Source: Dimorphilus gyrociliatus
Lineage: Eukaryota > Animalia > Annelida
DNA: 64,000 nt
Assembly (NCBI GenBank): GCA_904063045.1
Contig: CAJFCJ010000017.1
Coordinates: 558,001 to 622,000 of the forward strand
Direction: 5' to 3'
Shown here: positions 23,615-36,922 of the stretch, piece after piece
Layout: each line of letters starts with the position of its first letter
Position numbering within the stretch: the first letter of the stretch is position 1
Position numbers and translations under genes: made by a program
Notes under the pieces: generated by a model
Told to the model about the DNA's origin: nothing
Seen by the model: the letters and a program-made list of their open reading frames with translations, nothing else
Databases searched by the model: none

Positions 23615-26600
23615 TTAATTCCTAACGGGAGAGGTAGGTGACAATGCTCCATTATCATCTTCATTCTTGACTAAAGCCATCCTCTCATCTTCGTTTAGAT
23701 TGTTAATGTTATTTGTTGTGGATTGGACGCTAAAATATTATAATAAAAATAAGTCAAAAGAAATGATAAATACGGCAAATGTAAGTAATTAAATATTGAA
23801 ACTTACACTTCATTGTTTTTGTGAGTGGCAGCAACTTGTGATGGTTTCTATTAAGAAAAAAAATATTCATACGAACTTTTTCAACTTAATAACTGAATAA
23901 ACAAACCATAGTAAAACTCCAAAATTCTTTTAATTCACTTCTTACTGAAGCTAATCCAAGGTTAACAAATATAAGAACTGGGCAAATATATAAGAGAGCA
24001 GGTTGACCCTTTTCCATAAAATATAACGCGACATCGCATAAAACCAAGCCAACTGTATAAGCTATTATATTAGAAATGAGATATATGCGAAATTTTATTC
24101 CCCTCTTCAGATCGAAAAATGCAGCAAAAGTAGACGCCAGAGCTGTCGTTATCAGAATAAAAAAATATATACAGTTATTACTCCTCCTATACTGTTTATA
24201 CCGTTTATTTTTCATATATACAGTATATAATACATTTAAAAAAAATTATTCATAATCAAGAAAACTCACCTGGAATTAAAACATCCCCAAATCCGAGTAT
24301 TGTATACCCTCTCTTTTTGCAAACATCGTAGGGTGTTCTGACTATTCGATACATAGAGAAAACAAACGGCATCTAATATATAGATAGAAGGTTTTACATT
24401 AAACTTGAAATAATTTTCCCTTTTCCCTATAAGTCTTACCCTTTCTCCGCTTCCGCTTGCTGTAGCAACGCTACTCATTACGCTTTCACCAGACTGCATT
24501 AAAAAAATTAATACAAAGATGTCAGATAGTTACCACTAATAAGTTGTAAAAAAAATTAATCATTGTAACAAAAGTAAACCTTTGTGATGAATGGCGTAAT
24601 AAAGACCATGAAGATATCATAGAAAAATGTTGCTGTTAATAGAATGAAGCATATCTAAAATTGGATAAAATGACAGCGAAAACACAATGTTTTTGAGTTT
24701 CTATTGTAGAAAAATTCATAAGTATATTTACCTTGAAGTTTGGTAAATGAAATGTCCTGAGAAAAACCATACAGAGAATGGCACTGAGAACGTTCATTGG
24801 CCACGCCATCCATCTATTAATTTATTTTTTTTAAATAATATACGATGAAAAACAAAGAAAGACATCTTAATTAAACTTTACCTCTCATTTCTGAATACAA
24901 CCCAAAAGATGGAAACACCAATACACAATATTAAAATGATTATGTCAACAATGTTAACATTTTTACTGCGAGATCTGCATTTTATGTTGAATTCATATCT
25001 TTAAAAAAATACATATATTTTTAAAAAAATCGTATAAAACTATTATTAATCAAACAAAAGAAATTTGACGAACTTATCAGTGTTGAACTTGAACTTTTGT
25101 ACAAGATAGGTTGTTACATAGTACAAGGAACACGTTACACCGAGAGCGTAAAAGGCAATCACCAGATAAACTGCAAATAATAACACAATAAAAATAATTA
25201 ACTCTAATAAATAATGCAATCAATCAAAAAAAAATACAAAATTGTCTTTATGTGAGTAATTTTAAAACTGTTTCCTTTACTACTCACTTAAGGAAGTTTA
25301 TACTTTCGAACAATATCAATCGAATTCTTTAAACGGTATTTTATAAATGTTATATTCACCTAGATAACGTATGAAGAAGTAGAGCAGTAGTAAAGTTATG
25401 ACTAGACAAAGAACATAACCCAAAACCATGGTTATGTTTATTTGATCTCCAGAACTTTCATAATGCCAACTCTTGTAGCGCACCCTTTTTTGGCAGTCTG
25501 CGTTTCTATCATCATTGGTCTCACTGCTAGTAGCAGTCAATTTGTCTGCTTTATATAGTTGAAATTTTAAAGATGCTGACCAAACACTAGAGGCAGCTAA
25601 AATGAAAACAGCAAGCATGGCTAGGAGAAATGTTGCAGGATCTAAGGAAAGTCTATGAGGCTTAAGATATAATTTGGCAGTTATATTCGTCCCGATTGCC
25701 TGTTAAAATAAAATTTTCTATAGGTAAAAGGACCCTATTGATAACTAAAGAGGTAATAAATGGCTATATTCACTTGTAAGCTTTCATTTATTTTCGAATT
25801 GCCCACAGCCACGGTTATATAAGCCCTCCTTCCATCTCCAGTTATATTTCTCGAAAATGACTATTTAAACATATGGATATGCATATAATTGATTAAATAA
25901 TTTTCCAATTAAAAACAATAATTACTTACTATAATAGAATCAACAATAACAATGGCGGATGCTCCATTTTTTTTCGCTAATATAGCTTTATCTGTATATG
26001 TGCAATTACCTCCTCCAATAATTAATATGGAGTCTTTGGGAAACGTATATGTTTTGTTTCTATTGCAGAAATTATCATCCGAAAGTTGAACTAAAGGATG
26101 ATACACCTAAGGGGATAGAAAGAAAAAAAATTCGAAGAATAATAATAGTTTTTCAATAAAGAAAACTTTCTGCTATATATTTAGTTGAGTTTGTCAATGA
26201 ACCACTTAACTAAATATCAAGTATTCCTGAAAGAGCATCAAATTAGAAAATTCTTTTAAGAATCTTTTATTATTATAGGAGGTTTTGTGTTATGTATAAT
26301 ACCAATATATCTTGCTATATAATTCTCTAAACCGTTAAAGATTATTATGTTTAATTAATTAATTAATTAATTGTTAATTAAAACTTTTAATTAATTACTG
26401 TCTTTAACCAATTACTTATTATTAAGTATTTTATAATATATACATATAAATATCGTTAATATCTACAGAACGTTCTATAAAGACCGTTTTCTAAGTCTAA
26501 AAATTTCTTAAAAAATCATTAAATTACCGTAGTTTCATAAGCTGGTGGTGTGTTGAATTTTTCTGAATACTGTAAGCACTCTTCAAAAGTCCATTTAACA

Positions 26601-26805
26601 CCTTTATTATCTTGGTAAATACTTCGTAAAATGCAATCTTCGCAGACAACTCTTTTTAACTGTCGGGGAGAAAACACCAAAACGATTCAAAATGGTATCC
26701 TATGGATGGATATATTTCACGGATTAGAGCATAACTCACCAAAATGTGAAAGAGAATGACGTAAATTGAAATTCGATAGAGTAGTCCTTGCACGCAGTAG
26801 CTCAT
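23615..26805 (-). CDS. SPPL2B: Signal peptide peptidase-like 2 (SPPL2A/B), multi-exon
   Basis: Signal-peptide exon (MSYCVQGLL..), PA domain (GGGNCTYTDKAILAK), YD motif (LFFYDIFMVFITPFI), GFGDVLIPG motif and GQPALLYICP motif. Confidence 0.93.
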
Positions 26806-27685
26806 GATTTTAAATATTAAGCCAGCTGCAAAGGTTTATATGTTATGATAGAGCTACTGTCGCTAGTGAAGCTGATAGCACTAAAACACGCGTGGAGCTA
26901 ATCGCAAATCCCTATAACTACTTATAAATATTTTGTATATAAACTTTAAGCTTACATATGCTTTGTATTAAATAAAGCCCGTAAACCATAGATATTTAAT
27001 TATTCCTTGAATTTATCATAAGTCTATGAAAGAGAGCATTTTTTTTATTTAGAAAGATTTTGTTCTAAAGGTTAAATCCTATTGATCAATGGAAAAATGC
27101 TATTAAAATCTAAATTTTACACTTTTATAATTACAAATCTATTAAATCTAATTTAATTTAAATTTATTAACTTATATTTGAAATTAATGAATTATATCCT
27201 TTATAATAGTTTATATTTTGAAAAGTGAAAGTTTCTTTTATTATCAAACATTGACTGTAATTTGCGTAAGGATGTTTCAAATTAACTGTCTATCCAATCT
27301 CAATTCTATAATAGCTAATAGAATATATTCAGTTTGATGTATATTATACAAAATATACTGTGTATTAATATTTCTTTCCTTTGAGCGTTAGATGTAGATA
27401 GTTTCAATTGGATTATTGCTCTTGAAAGTAGGTAAAATGATTATTTACTTAACGTTCTTTAGTCTATTATCGCTAAGTACACTCTGTTTCTAAAAAAACA
27501 TTAGGACATAAACAATCTCTGTATAATAAAATCTAACGTAAAAAATATAATATTATCTTTTATTCAATTCGTTCACTAATAGAATAATATAGAATTATTA
27601 TGTAATGCAAGTTTTTCAACTGATTTTCAGTTTTTTTGTTAATAGTTTGTCTATTTCGTCTTATATCAACCATTTACTTCTTCTT

Positions 27686-28426
27686 TTAATTTTCTCCATT
27701 AATGCATTGATTGACGACAGTTAATAAATGAACATTTTCCAAAGCTGCTGCCACTCTTTCTTTATCAGCCAATTGTTTATTTACTGGAATTGATAAATTA
27801 AAAAAAATATGAATTAGTCAACTCTTTAAGTAATGACTTACTTGCTAATTCTGATGCATGCGTTCCCGGTGTGATAACAACATCTACCTTTAATTGATAT
27901 AGGAAATGATTATTTATACTCACACGGAAATGGAATAATGGCTAACCTTAAAACGTTTTGGAAGATCCCTTAATAGTTTTACCCTTATTGATAACCCAAT
28001 TAAAGTTGCTAATGAGCAATGAGGTATGGTGGGTGTAAATTGAACTATTACTTTGTTATTTTCATTGTTAACCTGGAGAAGGGTGAGTAATATATAATTA
28101 CGGATATTTGAATCAGTAATATAAAAGTGATTGCGAAAGGTATGTGCTATTAATAATTAATCAGCACAAAAAACGGAAAATTGTGTGATAATGTAACATT
28201 AAGAATGCGTTATCTGTTTCTATGGTAAGAAAGGATAAGAAACCTCTATTAATGACTTTTCAAGTACATTTAATTCTTCCAAAGAGTATGGATGTTCAGG
28301 ATCTTTTATATCTCGTATCATATGAAATACATCTCTTTCGTCATATTCGTCATCATCATTTTTGTTTATATATTCTTCCTCGGCAGAACGTTGAAAAACT
28401 GTTGGATTAGGATTCTGCAGATCCAT
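27686..28426 (-). CDS. CIAO2B: Cytosolic Fe-S assembly component 2B (MIP18/FAM96B), 4 exons
   Basis: [15 protein letters not shown]..|[31 protein letters not shown]|[15 protein letters not shown]|[17 protein letters not shown]. Confidence 0.95.
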
Positions 28427-28717
28427 AATATTTTGTTTTTTTACTATCAAAACGTGCTACAGGCCTCGTATCAAAATGGCAGCGGAACTTACTAAATGAT
28501 GTTTGGCAGTACGTTTAGCACAGAAATGCTTGACACATGATAATTTATCATCTGAGAAGATATACGAATACTTTAACCTTACACAAGTGCGAACAAACAA
28601 TAGAAGTAGTGCTTATATTTATTGCTAGTATAGTAACTTTTATTTCACAAAATATTCGTAATCAACATTCATAAAGAAACAAAATTTATCTGACTTAATT
28701 AAAAAGAAATATTCGTG

Positions 28718-30958
28718 TCACATATGTTGCTTAAGGAAAAAAAATATTTCCTCCAGCTGAACTTTCTCACAAGACAGTATAGACGTAAAAGGATTTACCG
28801 TTTCCTGATCAGCAAAAGAAGTCTGAAAAGTAGAACAAATGTTATCGTCCTTAAATTCCAAAATAAATAACGTTACAGCAATTTGCATATCAGGAATTTT
28901 TAATGATTTGGTTGTTTTTATTTTAACTGTGATTGTTGTTGCTCACCTTGAAAAAGATTTTAAATCGTTCTGTCATAAATTGCCATTTTACTTTGTTCCT
29001 ATACTCTTCGCTAAGAGTTATAAATTCGTCAACCTAGATATTTTAAAAGGAATTTAGTATCGACTGTAAGTGCGCATTTTATATAAAAGAAGGATGCCAA
29101 CAGAATGGTTTAATAAGGCTTCAACTGTTTTCCCTTCAAACCGACACATTTTCAAAGTTCCACATTCATCGGTTATTTCCATCGGTATATTAAAGTATTT
29201 AACGAAACCCTTGGTTGCGTGTTTTGTGGCGCAGCTTAAGTTTGAACAGCTTGAGGCTGATTTTGCTACTCTTACACCACAAAATTGACTGTAATGCATT
29301 GAATATTTAAACCCATTTGCCCATAAATATATACAATCTCGCTACCATTTATATCCATATAGTTTCTCAACAGAACAATCTAACGGAAAGAATGTTATAT
29401 AAGCATACGTTATACCACAATAACCAAGGAGCCCAGCTTCTCCTGGTGGAATTGATTGAAGTTGAATAATTTCAGAGATATTATACATCTCTGTAATCTG
29501 AGCCACTGTGATAAAAAAACATTACGTCATTTATTCATTTGTTATATAATTATGATAAATGAGATAAATTGAGTCCTCTTTTATACAATTTATTGACTCG
29601 GCTGAAATTTTATCGTCACTATCAAACGTTACGGTAGTAGAATATTTGTACAAATTCAAAGCTTGATTTGTTCCTGTTGGAAAATACTTATAGACAGTAT
29701 TGATTTTGATATCTTTTACAGACTGGGATTAATCGTTATAATTGTCTTTGACGTGGTATCTGCTGTCATCCTCTTTCGATAAAGATCATATTTCAGTCTC
29801 ACGTCAGTTGCAAATAGAACTGTAATACTTTTGCTGAAGAAAAAATTAATTTTGTAATTTTACATAATACTTTGTTGTTTTGGTCTCCAATCTTCAGCCA
29901 TTGATATAAACGAATCATTCCATCTATATGAATATTAATATATAATAATTGAGTTAGTTGAATACAAATAAAAAAGTCTTTATTACAGAATAAGACTGAA
30001 ACTATCACACGACTGATCAAATAATTTAATTTCACAAAGCTTAGATTTCATCCCTTTCTTGTTAATAAATTTTCGAGGCTTTAAAACCTTTAAAAAATTA
30101 ATTTTGATAATGTATATTATTTACATTAATGTAATTGAATAAGAAGTGTTTCTATTATATTCGATCAAAACAGATAATAAGTTGGGACTTACCTGACGAA
30201 CCACTCCGAGTATATTGCATATACTTCCAGTTTCTTGTTTACCGGCCTCAATAATAGACTCGAAAGAGTAAAAATCATATGGAGATTTTGTAGGGATACG
30301 CTGAAGTTCTAAATATGATTCTCTGTCTGCCCCTAAATACATTTTCACGGTAGCCTTATGTTCTCCAGCGTGAAGAATAAAATGACTGTATTTGGTATCT
30401 ATTTATGATTGAATTATACAAAATGTTTTTTCTATGACCTTGGGGTTGTTGGACTGTAGTAGTCCGAGCTTCCATTCAACGGCTTAACCTGAATAGTAGG
30501 ATTTGAAATTTCAACTGAAATGAAAAAATACTATCTTTAAATACTATTGATAAAGAATTAAAAGTTCAAATTGTTTACCACAAGACCCCACAATGAATTC
30601 ATAACTTAGGTTATTTATGTAATCTAAGCTGCCCCAGCAAGTCACATTTATGAAGTCATGAGCCGAGTCTCTAACGGTTAGTAGAAGGACATTTTTATTG
30701 ACAGTATGATCTGCAAATAAGAATTGGAAATAATTGAATTCCTTTTAAGTTTCTTTCGAAGCGAATTTATTCTAACCTCGTTTACTAGGAAAAGAGCGCG
30801 GTCCATTCCTTCCAATTACAATCCCAACAATAGTCTTTAGACCAAAAGAACGTTTTAAGATACTTTCAAAAAAAATTTTTATACATTACCACTCCCGTCA
30901 TTCCGTTTTGAAGTTCCGAAATATTAACATAGTTAGTATTTTTTTCCAATATGTTCAT
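28718..30958 (-). CDS. MEIOB: Meiosis-specific OB-fold ssDNA-binding protein, multi-exon
   Basis: Spliced exons: VGIVIGR..FPSKR|..LTVRDSAHDFINVTCWGSLDYINNLS..|EISNPTIQ..YSPTTP|..PTKSPYDFYSFESII..NILGVVRQ, a C4 zinc finger (KCQFCG..CSNLSC), EITDECGTL and KWQFMTERFKIFFK. These parallel MEIOB throughout. Confidence 0.9.
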
Positions 30959-31611
30959 TATGTTATCTTTCTCTAAGACAATATTTTAGAATAAAGGTTT
31001 TCTTGTTCCAAAATTATTTTGCGTACCTAGGGAAAACTGGTAAAAAATATTCTAAAGGAACCGAAATTTTTTTTTGATACAATTATAGATGATTTTTATA
31101 AATGAATAAATCGGTTATAGCATTGTTAATCCATCTCTAAAATATTTCGTTTGTTAATTAATATTTATTGAAGATGTTTTTACATGTTTTCTAATTTATA
31201 AAAAGAATATTAGCTTTTCTTTATTTTTAAAAGATAAAGAAAATTTTTTTAGACTAAAAACAGTAAGTAGTAAAAACATTTGCATAATAATCTAATATTT
31301 TGGTTTCGTCTATTTGCAGCTTTATCAATGATTGTTTTAAAGTTATTTTTATTTGAAAATACTTATAGTGGAGTATTCAAAGTACTCTAAAATAGAAAAG
31401 GTGATTAGTTATTATTAAAGATAAAGTATATATAAAAAGGTATTCACTTTAAAGTTACTACACATCGAAAAATATAAACTATCGTAATCCTTCTCCTTTG
31501 AAGGAAAAAACAAAGTACTAAACTTAATCAATTTACAATTTATTAGGTTTATATGGAAAATATTTAGATTACAAAATGTTCATAAAATCAAAAGTCGTAA
31601 AAATACTCAAT

Positions 31612-32728
31612 TTATTGATATCTTTGTCTAAACCCTTTTAAAATTAATTTCTCCTCTTCACTTATACCCTTGTTTAAAGAGCAACAATCAACACATGTAT
31701 TAAATATGGATTTTAGGCTATTCTTTGCTGCAGTTGTCGACAGAAAAATTAATGTTAAACCTATAAGAATTCCTAAAATAACTAATCCCAAGTTGAAAGG
31801 TTTAATGTAATCATCATCTTTTATTAAGAAGATTCCATCTTTTTTTTCTTTGTTAAAGTCAATAAATTTATATTTAACGCACTCCTCCAGGGATACTGCT
31901 CCTTTTTTCAACGTGTAGTTATTTGGTGATGGACACTTTTTGCACTCGCTTTGACCCTTAAAAGTTTGATTTTTCTTGATTTATAAAATAGAAATTCTAC
32001 AATGTAATCTAACATATTACCAAGTGGTCATTATAAAAATTGAAGGGACAATGTTGACATTCTGTCATAGGCTCTTGGAAAGCTTGTCGATAACTTCCTT
32101 TGTTACAATATTCACAAACTGGTTGTATACCTTGAATTAATCTTGTTCCTTTCCTACAAACTAACCGTCTTGCAACTTCCTTCTCCAAAGATAGCGCGTC
32201 TCCTATTGGTGAATTCCTAAGAATTTTCATATTCTCTTTAACGATAGGATCGAATTTATCTGTTTTAAATTTCTCCGTTTCCACTTTCATACACATTAAC
32301 GACATTGAACAAGAGCCTCCTTGAATTATTGTATTATAATATTGAGGAGTTGTACCCAGTTTGACCTCAACTTTGAAAACTCTGTCATGATTGCTGAATT
32401 CCTTATTTTTTTTTTTGGAATATCGTAAACAAGTTCCTTGTATGTTTAAGTAACAAATTTTAGCTTCTAAGCAACTATATTCTTTCAAGAATATACTTTC
32501 ACCTTTTGAAGAAATACCCACCGGCAATAAATACTTTAACTGGCCTACAAGCCCTTGACCAATTGAACAATTTGCTGAGTTTAATGGCCCTCCTTTTAGA
32601 CGCACAAGAATTGTGTATGTAAATTCTACATTTGAGGCAACTATTAATTGTGTACTATTTATCTGACATTCAAAATAAGGAATATTAATAAACATCAAGA
32701 TTATTAGCAATATTTTATGTATAGCCAT
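31612..32728 (-). CDS. Type I membrane protein with Cys-rich ephrin-receptor-like (GCC2/GCC3) repeat, 2 exons (intron 32020-31957)
   Basis: Signal peptide, then CEYCNKGSY..ECQHCPFNFYNDHL|GQSECKKCP..GAVSLEEC (typical Ephrin_rec_like repeat, restored by the splice), a TM helix (LGLVILGILIGLTLIFL) and a CVDCC tail. Confidence 0.75.
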
Positions 32729-33032
32729 TTTGAAGTGTTTATTATTATTTTATTAGTGTACATTTTTGAAAAGTTTACGTTAAGCTCTTCTATCCACATT
32801 TGAGATTTTACTCCTACTACATAAAAGAAAATATAAAAAAATTAATAATATAAAAGCAAATATAAAATAATGATATTAGTATAGTTTTCTTACAAGTGAA
32901 AAAAATGAAAAATCAAATTTCGGCCAAAAGTTCTTGAAACGGTCATTGACCGGTTCTCACTAAGTAACTTCAACGTGTAACTTTGACGGAAACGGAAATT
33001 GTTGTCACGAAGCCTTCAGAGAAAATACCGGT

Positions 33033-34477
33033 CATGAAGTTTTCTTGTATACTTTCAACTTTTCTTCTCTTTTCTTGCTTTATCTCACTCAATGCAAGTG
33101 GGAAAAGAACGCTTGTTCTTGTTGACAACTGGTCAGTGAGGGAAACTCACTCCATGTTCTTTAGATCATTGAGAGAGAGAGATTATGAAATGACATTTAA
33201 AACTGCCGATGATTCTACTCTAGCCTTGGTTAAATATGGCGAATACTTATATGACAATCTTATTATTTTCTCACCCTCGGTCCAAGAATTTGGAGGCTCG
33301 ATCGATGTTGCAGCAATAACTAGTTTTGTTGATAATGGCGGCAATATTCTCGTTGCTGCAAACTCTAACATTGGAGAACCCATTAGAGAATTGGCAACTG
33401 AATGTGGTATGTAGTTTTTAAATTAAAAACCGATTGCAAAGATTATTTTTAACTTTTTGTTTTATAGGAATCGAATTTGATGAAGAGAAAACTGCTGTAA
33501 TTGATCACTTAAACTACGACATTGCTGATTCCGGAAAACATACCCTCATCGTTGCTAAATCTGATGATTTGATCAACGCTCCACTAATAGTTGGATCGGC
33601 AAAACCCAATCCTTTGCTCTTTAGAGGTGTCGGAATGGTTGCTGATATCGATAACCCATTGGTTTTGGGTATTTTGCATGCATCATCCTCAGCTTATTCT
33701 CACAATCCCGATGAAAAGATCAAGGATTATCCTCATGCAGTTGGAAAGAACACTCTCCTGATCTCTGCTCTTCAAGCTAGAAACAATGCACGTGTTGTCT
33801 TCTCTGGATCAATGGACTTTTTCTCTGACGAATTTTTCACTTCATCTGTCCAAAATTCAAACGGCGGAACCAGACAAGAAAAATCGGGTAATTCTCAATT
33901 GGCTAATTCAATCTCTGCTTGGGTATTTAAGGAACGTGGAGTTTTAAGAGTTGGAAAGATTTTCCACAGTTTACAAGAGGTAAAGTATAATATCATATTC
34001 ATACTAATAATTAACTGTACTAAACATTTTTTGTAAATATAGAATGCCAATAAAAATGAAGAAAATCCAGCTTTCTACACTGTTTTGGAAGATATTGTTT
34101 ACACTATTGAAATTGAAGAATTGAAAGATGGAAAATGGGTTTCATTTCAAGGAAATGATGTTCAACTGGAATTCGTAAGAATCGATCCTTTCATTCGCAC
34201 AACTCTAACAAAAAGTCGCGGAGTATTTCAAGCAAAATTCAAACTACCAGACGTCTATGGAGTTTACCAATTCCGTGTTGACTATGAAAGATTGGGCTAT
34301 TCGAAATTGTTTAGTTCAACTCAAGTTTCTGTTAGACCTCTCCAACACACACAATATGAGAGGTTTATTCCATCAGCCTATCCATATTATATCTCATCCT
34401 TCTCTATGATGATTGGAGTTGTTGTGTTTTCTTTTGTATTTTTACATTTCAAAGATGATAAGGAGAAGACTGAATAA
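33033..34477 (+). CDS. DDOST: Oligosaccharyltransferase 48 kDa subunit (OST48/Wbp1), 3 exons
   Basis: Signal peptide, [69 protein letters not shown], a TM helix and a C-terminal KEKTE ER-retrieval motif. Confidence 0.97.
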
Positions 34478-34653
34478 ATGTGTATTTTTGTAGGCTATAA
34501 ACCTAATTATTTTTGTTAAATACACTTATGAGAAATATAAAAGAACAACTAATTCTGTAATCGTTAGTGTTTCAACATTCTGATAATAAAATTATTTATT
34601 AATTAGTATAGATTTCATCACTTTTCTCCATTTTTATAATAAATGTCCTTTCT

Positions 34654-36145
34654 TTATACTTTAATATTCCTTTCCTCCAAGAAGTCGGTATAATGCCTAA
34701 ATTCGTTATCAATTTGTTGCGGACTCAACTTGAACTGAGATAAAGTATATTTTTTAACTCCTACTTTCTTTCTTTTTTGTTTTGATAAACTCATGTAATT
34801 TTTTATTCTGCTTTCACACTCGTCAGTCCATTCTAAGTTGATTTGTTTGTAGACTTTCTTCATTTCATTTATTGGATCTTTCACAAGATCTGTGTAAGAT
34901 ATATCTGTGAATCTATCACCAAAGCCTCTTTCTTCTAGCTTTTTCCTATTTTCTATGGCCTTTCCGCTAAGATGCTTAAGATGATACATGCACTTTCTAG
35001 CGATTTCATAGGAGGTAAAGTCGAGTCTCCAATCCTCTCTATTAACAACATCATATAGCGTGGACCATGATGGAACAACATTTTGCATACTTCGGTGAGT
35101 TACCACAAATTTAGCATCAGGAAATTTCTCAATTAAAGCTTCTAGATAGAAGTTGTGTAATCTACTCTTTGCAACGTACCGCACATTTTGGTCTTTGACA
35201 TACCTAAGGTAAACTTGTACAAGCTTCTCATATCTATTGTAGAGCTGTTTCTGAAGTTCTAAAGACTCGATAACTTCTATCATATATTTGTTGTACTCGT
35301 AAACAGCATTGTCAGGATAAATGCTAAATATTTCAAAGGAAATTCCAGCTTGTTCAAAAAGTGTGTGGCATTCTTCGGGTTCTCCAGCGGAATAGTCGTG
35401 TACTTGAGTGAAAGATGGAGCCAGGCAGTTGGTAAACATTTTAATATCCTCTGTATGTTTCTATTGAAAAGAATAATATCAAAAAGAGATAAGAAATCTC
35501 GATGAGCTAATATCAGTTCTACTTTAAGAGAATATATAATTTATAAGTTTTCCGAAAATTCACTAATATATATCTTACATGAAACAGTGGATCATCTTCC
35601 TTTGCTCCTCCTGCATACATGGAGAAGAACATTAACTCGTAATTCAAAGGTATTTTCAATCTAGGATCCAGATGGAGAAGATTATGTAATAAAGTAGTTC
35701 CAGTTCTAGGTAAACCAATCAAAAAAACAGGATTCTTAACCGGATTTTCTACAATACTAGGGTCATTTTTTATTAACTTTTCCATTTCTAATTCTTTTCG
35801 GAAGATTCTCTTGAAAGTATCGATGTAAATTATTCTAAAAATCATTAAAGTGTCGATTTTGTTCAGTGCTTTTATCATAATTCTATGTGGATCATAATCT
35901 TTATTTGACCGAAACATTTTTTTCTCCTATTAGAAATTAGTAATAAATTATTAATCAAATATTATGAATTTATTCAAATGATTAAAACTTACATCTTCGC
36001 TAAAATCTTTTATTATGCTTTCAAATTCGATAGGAAAAAGAATAATTCCAAAAAATGTTAATATCCTATTAAAAACCTCTAATATTCTTAGGCCACATTG
36101 TATAGCAAATGTTTTAAGAAAAGGAAACTTTTCAGAAGAGTGCAT
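34654..36145 (-). CDS. PAPS-dependent sulfotransferase, Sulfotransfer_3 (mycobacterial Stf3-like) type, 3 exons
   Basis: 5'-PSB loop PVFLIGLPRTGTTLLHNLL, PEECHTLF, KSRLHNFYLEALIEKFPDAKFVVTHR (3'-PB) and DISYTDLVKDPI. Introns GAT|gtaagt..aatag and CAT|gtaaga..caatag restore the frame. Confidence 0.85.
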
Positions 36146-36402
36146 TATTTTTAAGTTTCAAATGAGGTGTTCAGCATAAGATTATCTTATCAATCAGCAG
36201 ACTCGACAGGCTAAAGGGCAATTTTTTTTTTTAAAAGAAAAACATTACATTAATGATAACTGAATAAACTTACTACTTTTCATAGTTAGTTTATACTAAT
36301 ATAATTCATTCTTTTTATTTATAGATACATTTGAAAATAATTTCGTATAAAACAATAAAAAAATAACAGTAGCAAAGACGTCTATAGTTCATTGTAACAA
36401 TT

Positions 36403-36747
36403 TTACATCGTTTTCAACTTTCGAAGGTTTATTGCCCGCAGCGGGAGGAGACCATAAAATAGGAACCACGCTATTGGTCCCAGTAAAATGAATATTGATC
36501 CAAGAACTAAACTTGCTATCCTTGGACCGGAAAATTCATCGTAAACAACATTGGAATCTTCTGTCACTTTCCCTCGAGGTATAAGTAGTAATATAATTGT
36601 AATAACTATAGCCAGAAATATCATTCCTATACCAATACTTTTTGCGCTGGATCTTGATCTAGCTACCAAGACAAATGCTATTAGGGCTATAGCCCATATA
36701 AAAGCCAGGATAAATACTCCAATTCCAACGTTAAGAACTCTTGCCAT
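36403..36747 (-). CDS. TMEM218: Transmembrane protein 218 (ciliary transition zone)
   Basis: MARVLNVGIGVFILAFIW..IILLLIPR..VYDEF with three TM helices matches TMEM218 (GVGAGVFILALLW..LLLFPR..IVDDF). The ORF-track start at 36768 is TTG; the real ATG is at 36747. Confidence 0.88.
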   Translation of the reverse strand: MARVLNVGIGVFILAFIWAIALIAFVLVARSRSSAKSIGIGMIFLAIVITIILLLIPRGKVTEDSNVVYDEFSGPRIASLVLGSIFILLGPIAWFLFYGLLPLRAINLRKLKTM

Positions 36748-36825
36748 TACATGAATTTTTGCAGGCAATAAATCTACAAAAATGTTGTCTGCTAAAAAAC
36801 AACAAATATCTACCAGTTTTCATAA

Positions 36826-36839
36826 GTTGCTATGTTAAT
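36826..36839. promoter_or_regulatory. RFX X-box-like site upstream of TMEM218
   Basis: GTTGCTATGTTAAT compared with the X-box GTTGCYATGGYAAC: left half perfect, right half degenerate. It lies about 80 bp upstream of a ciliary gene's ATG. Confidence 0.55.
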
Positions 36840-36848
36840 TTTTCTCCC

Positions 36849-36857
36849 TCACGTGAC
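36849..36857. promoter_or_regulatory. CLEAR-type E-box (MiT/TFE) upstream of VMA21
   Basis: TCACGTGAC about 66 bp upstream of the VMA21 ATG. It matches the CLEAR core TCACGTGA. Confidence 0.55.
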
Positions 36858-36922
36858 AGTTGATTGTGTAGCTCAAGCTAAAATACTTAGTTGTAAAGTA
36901 GTAAAGAGTCAATATTACAAAA

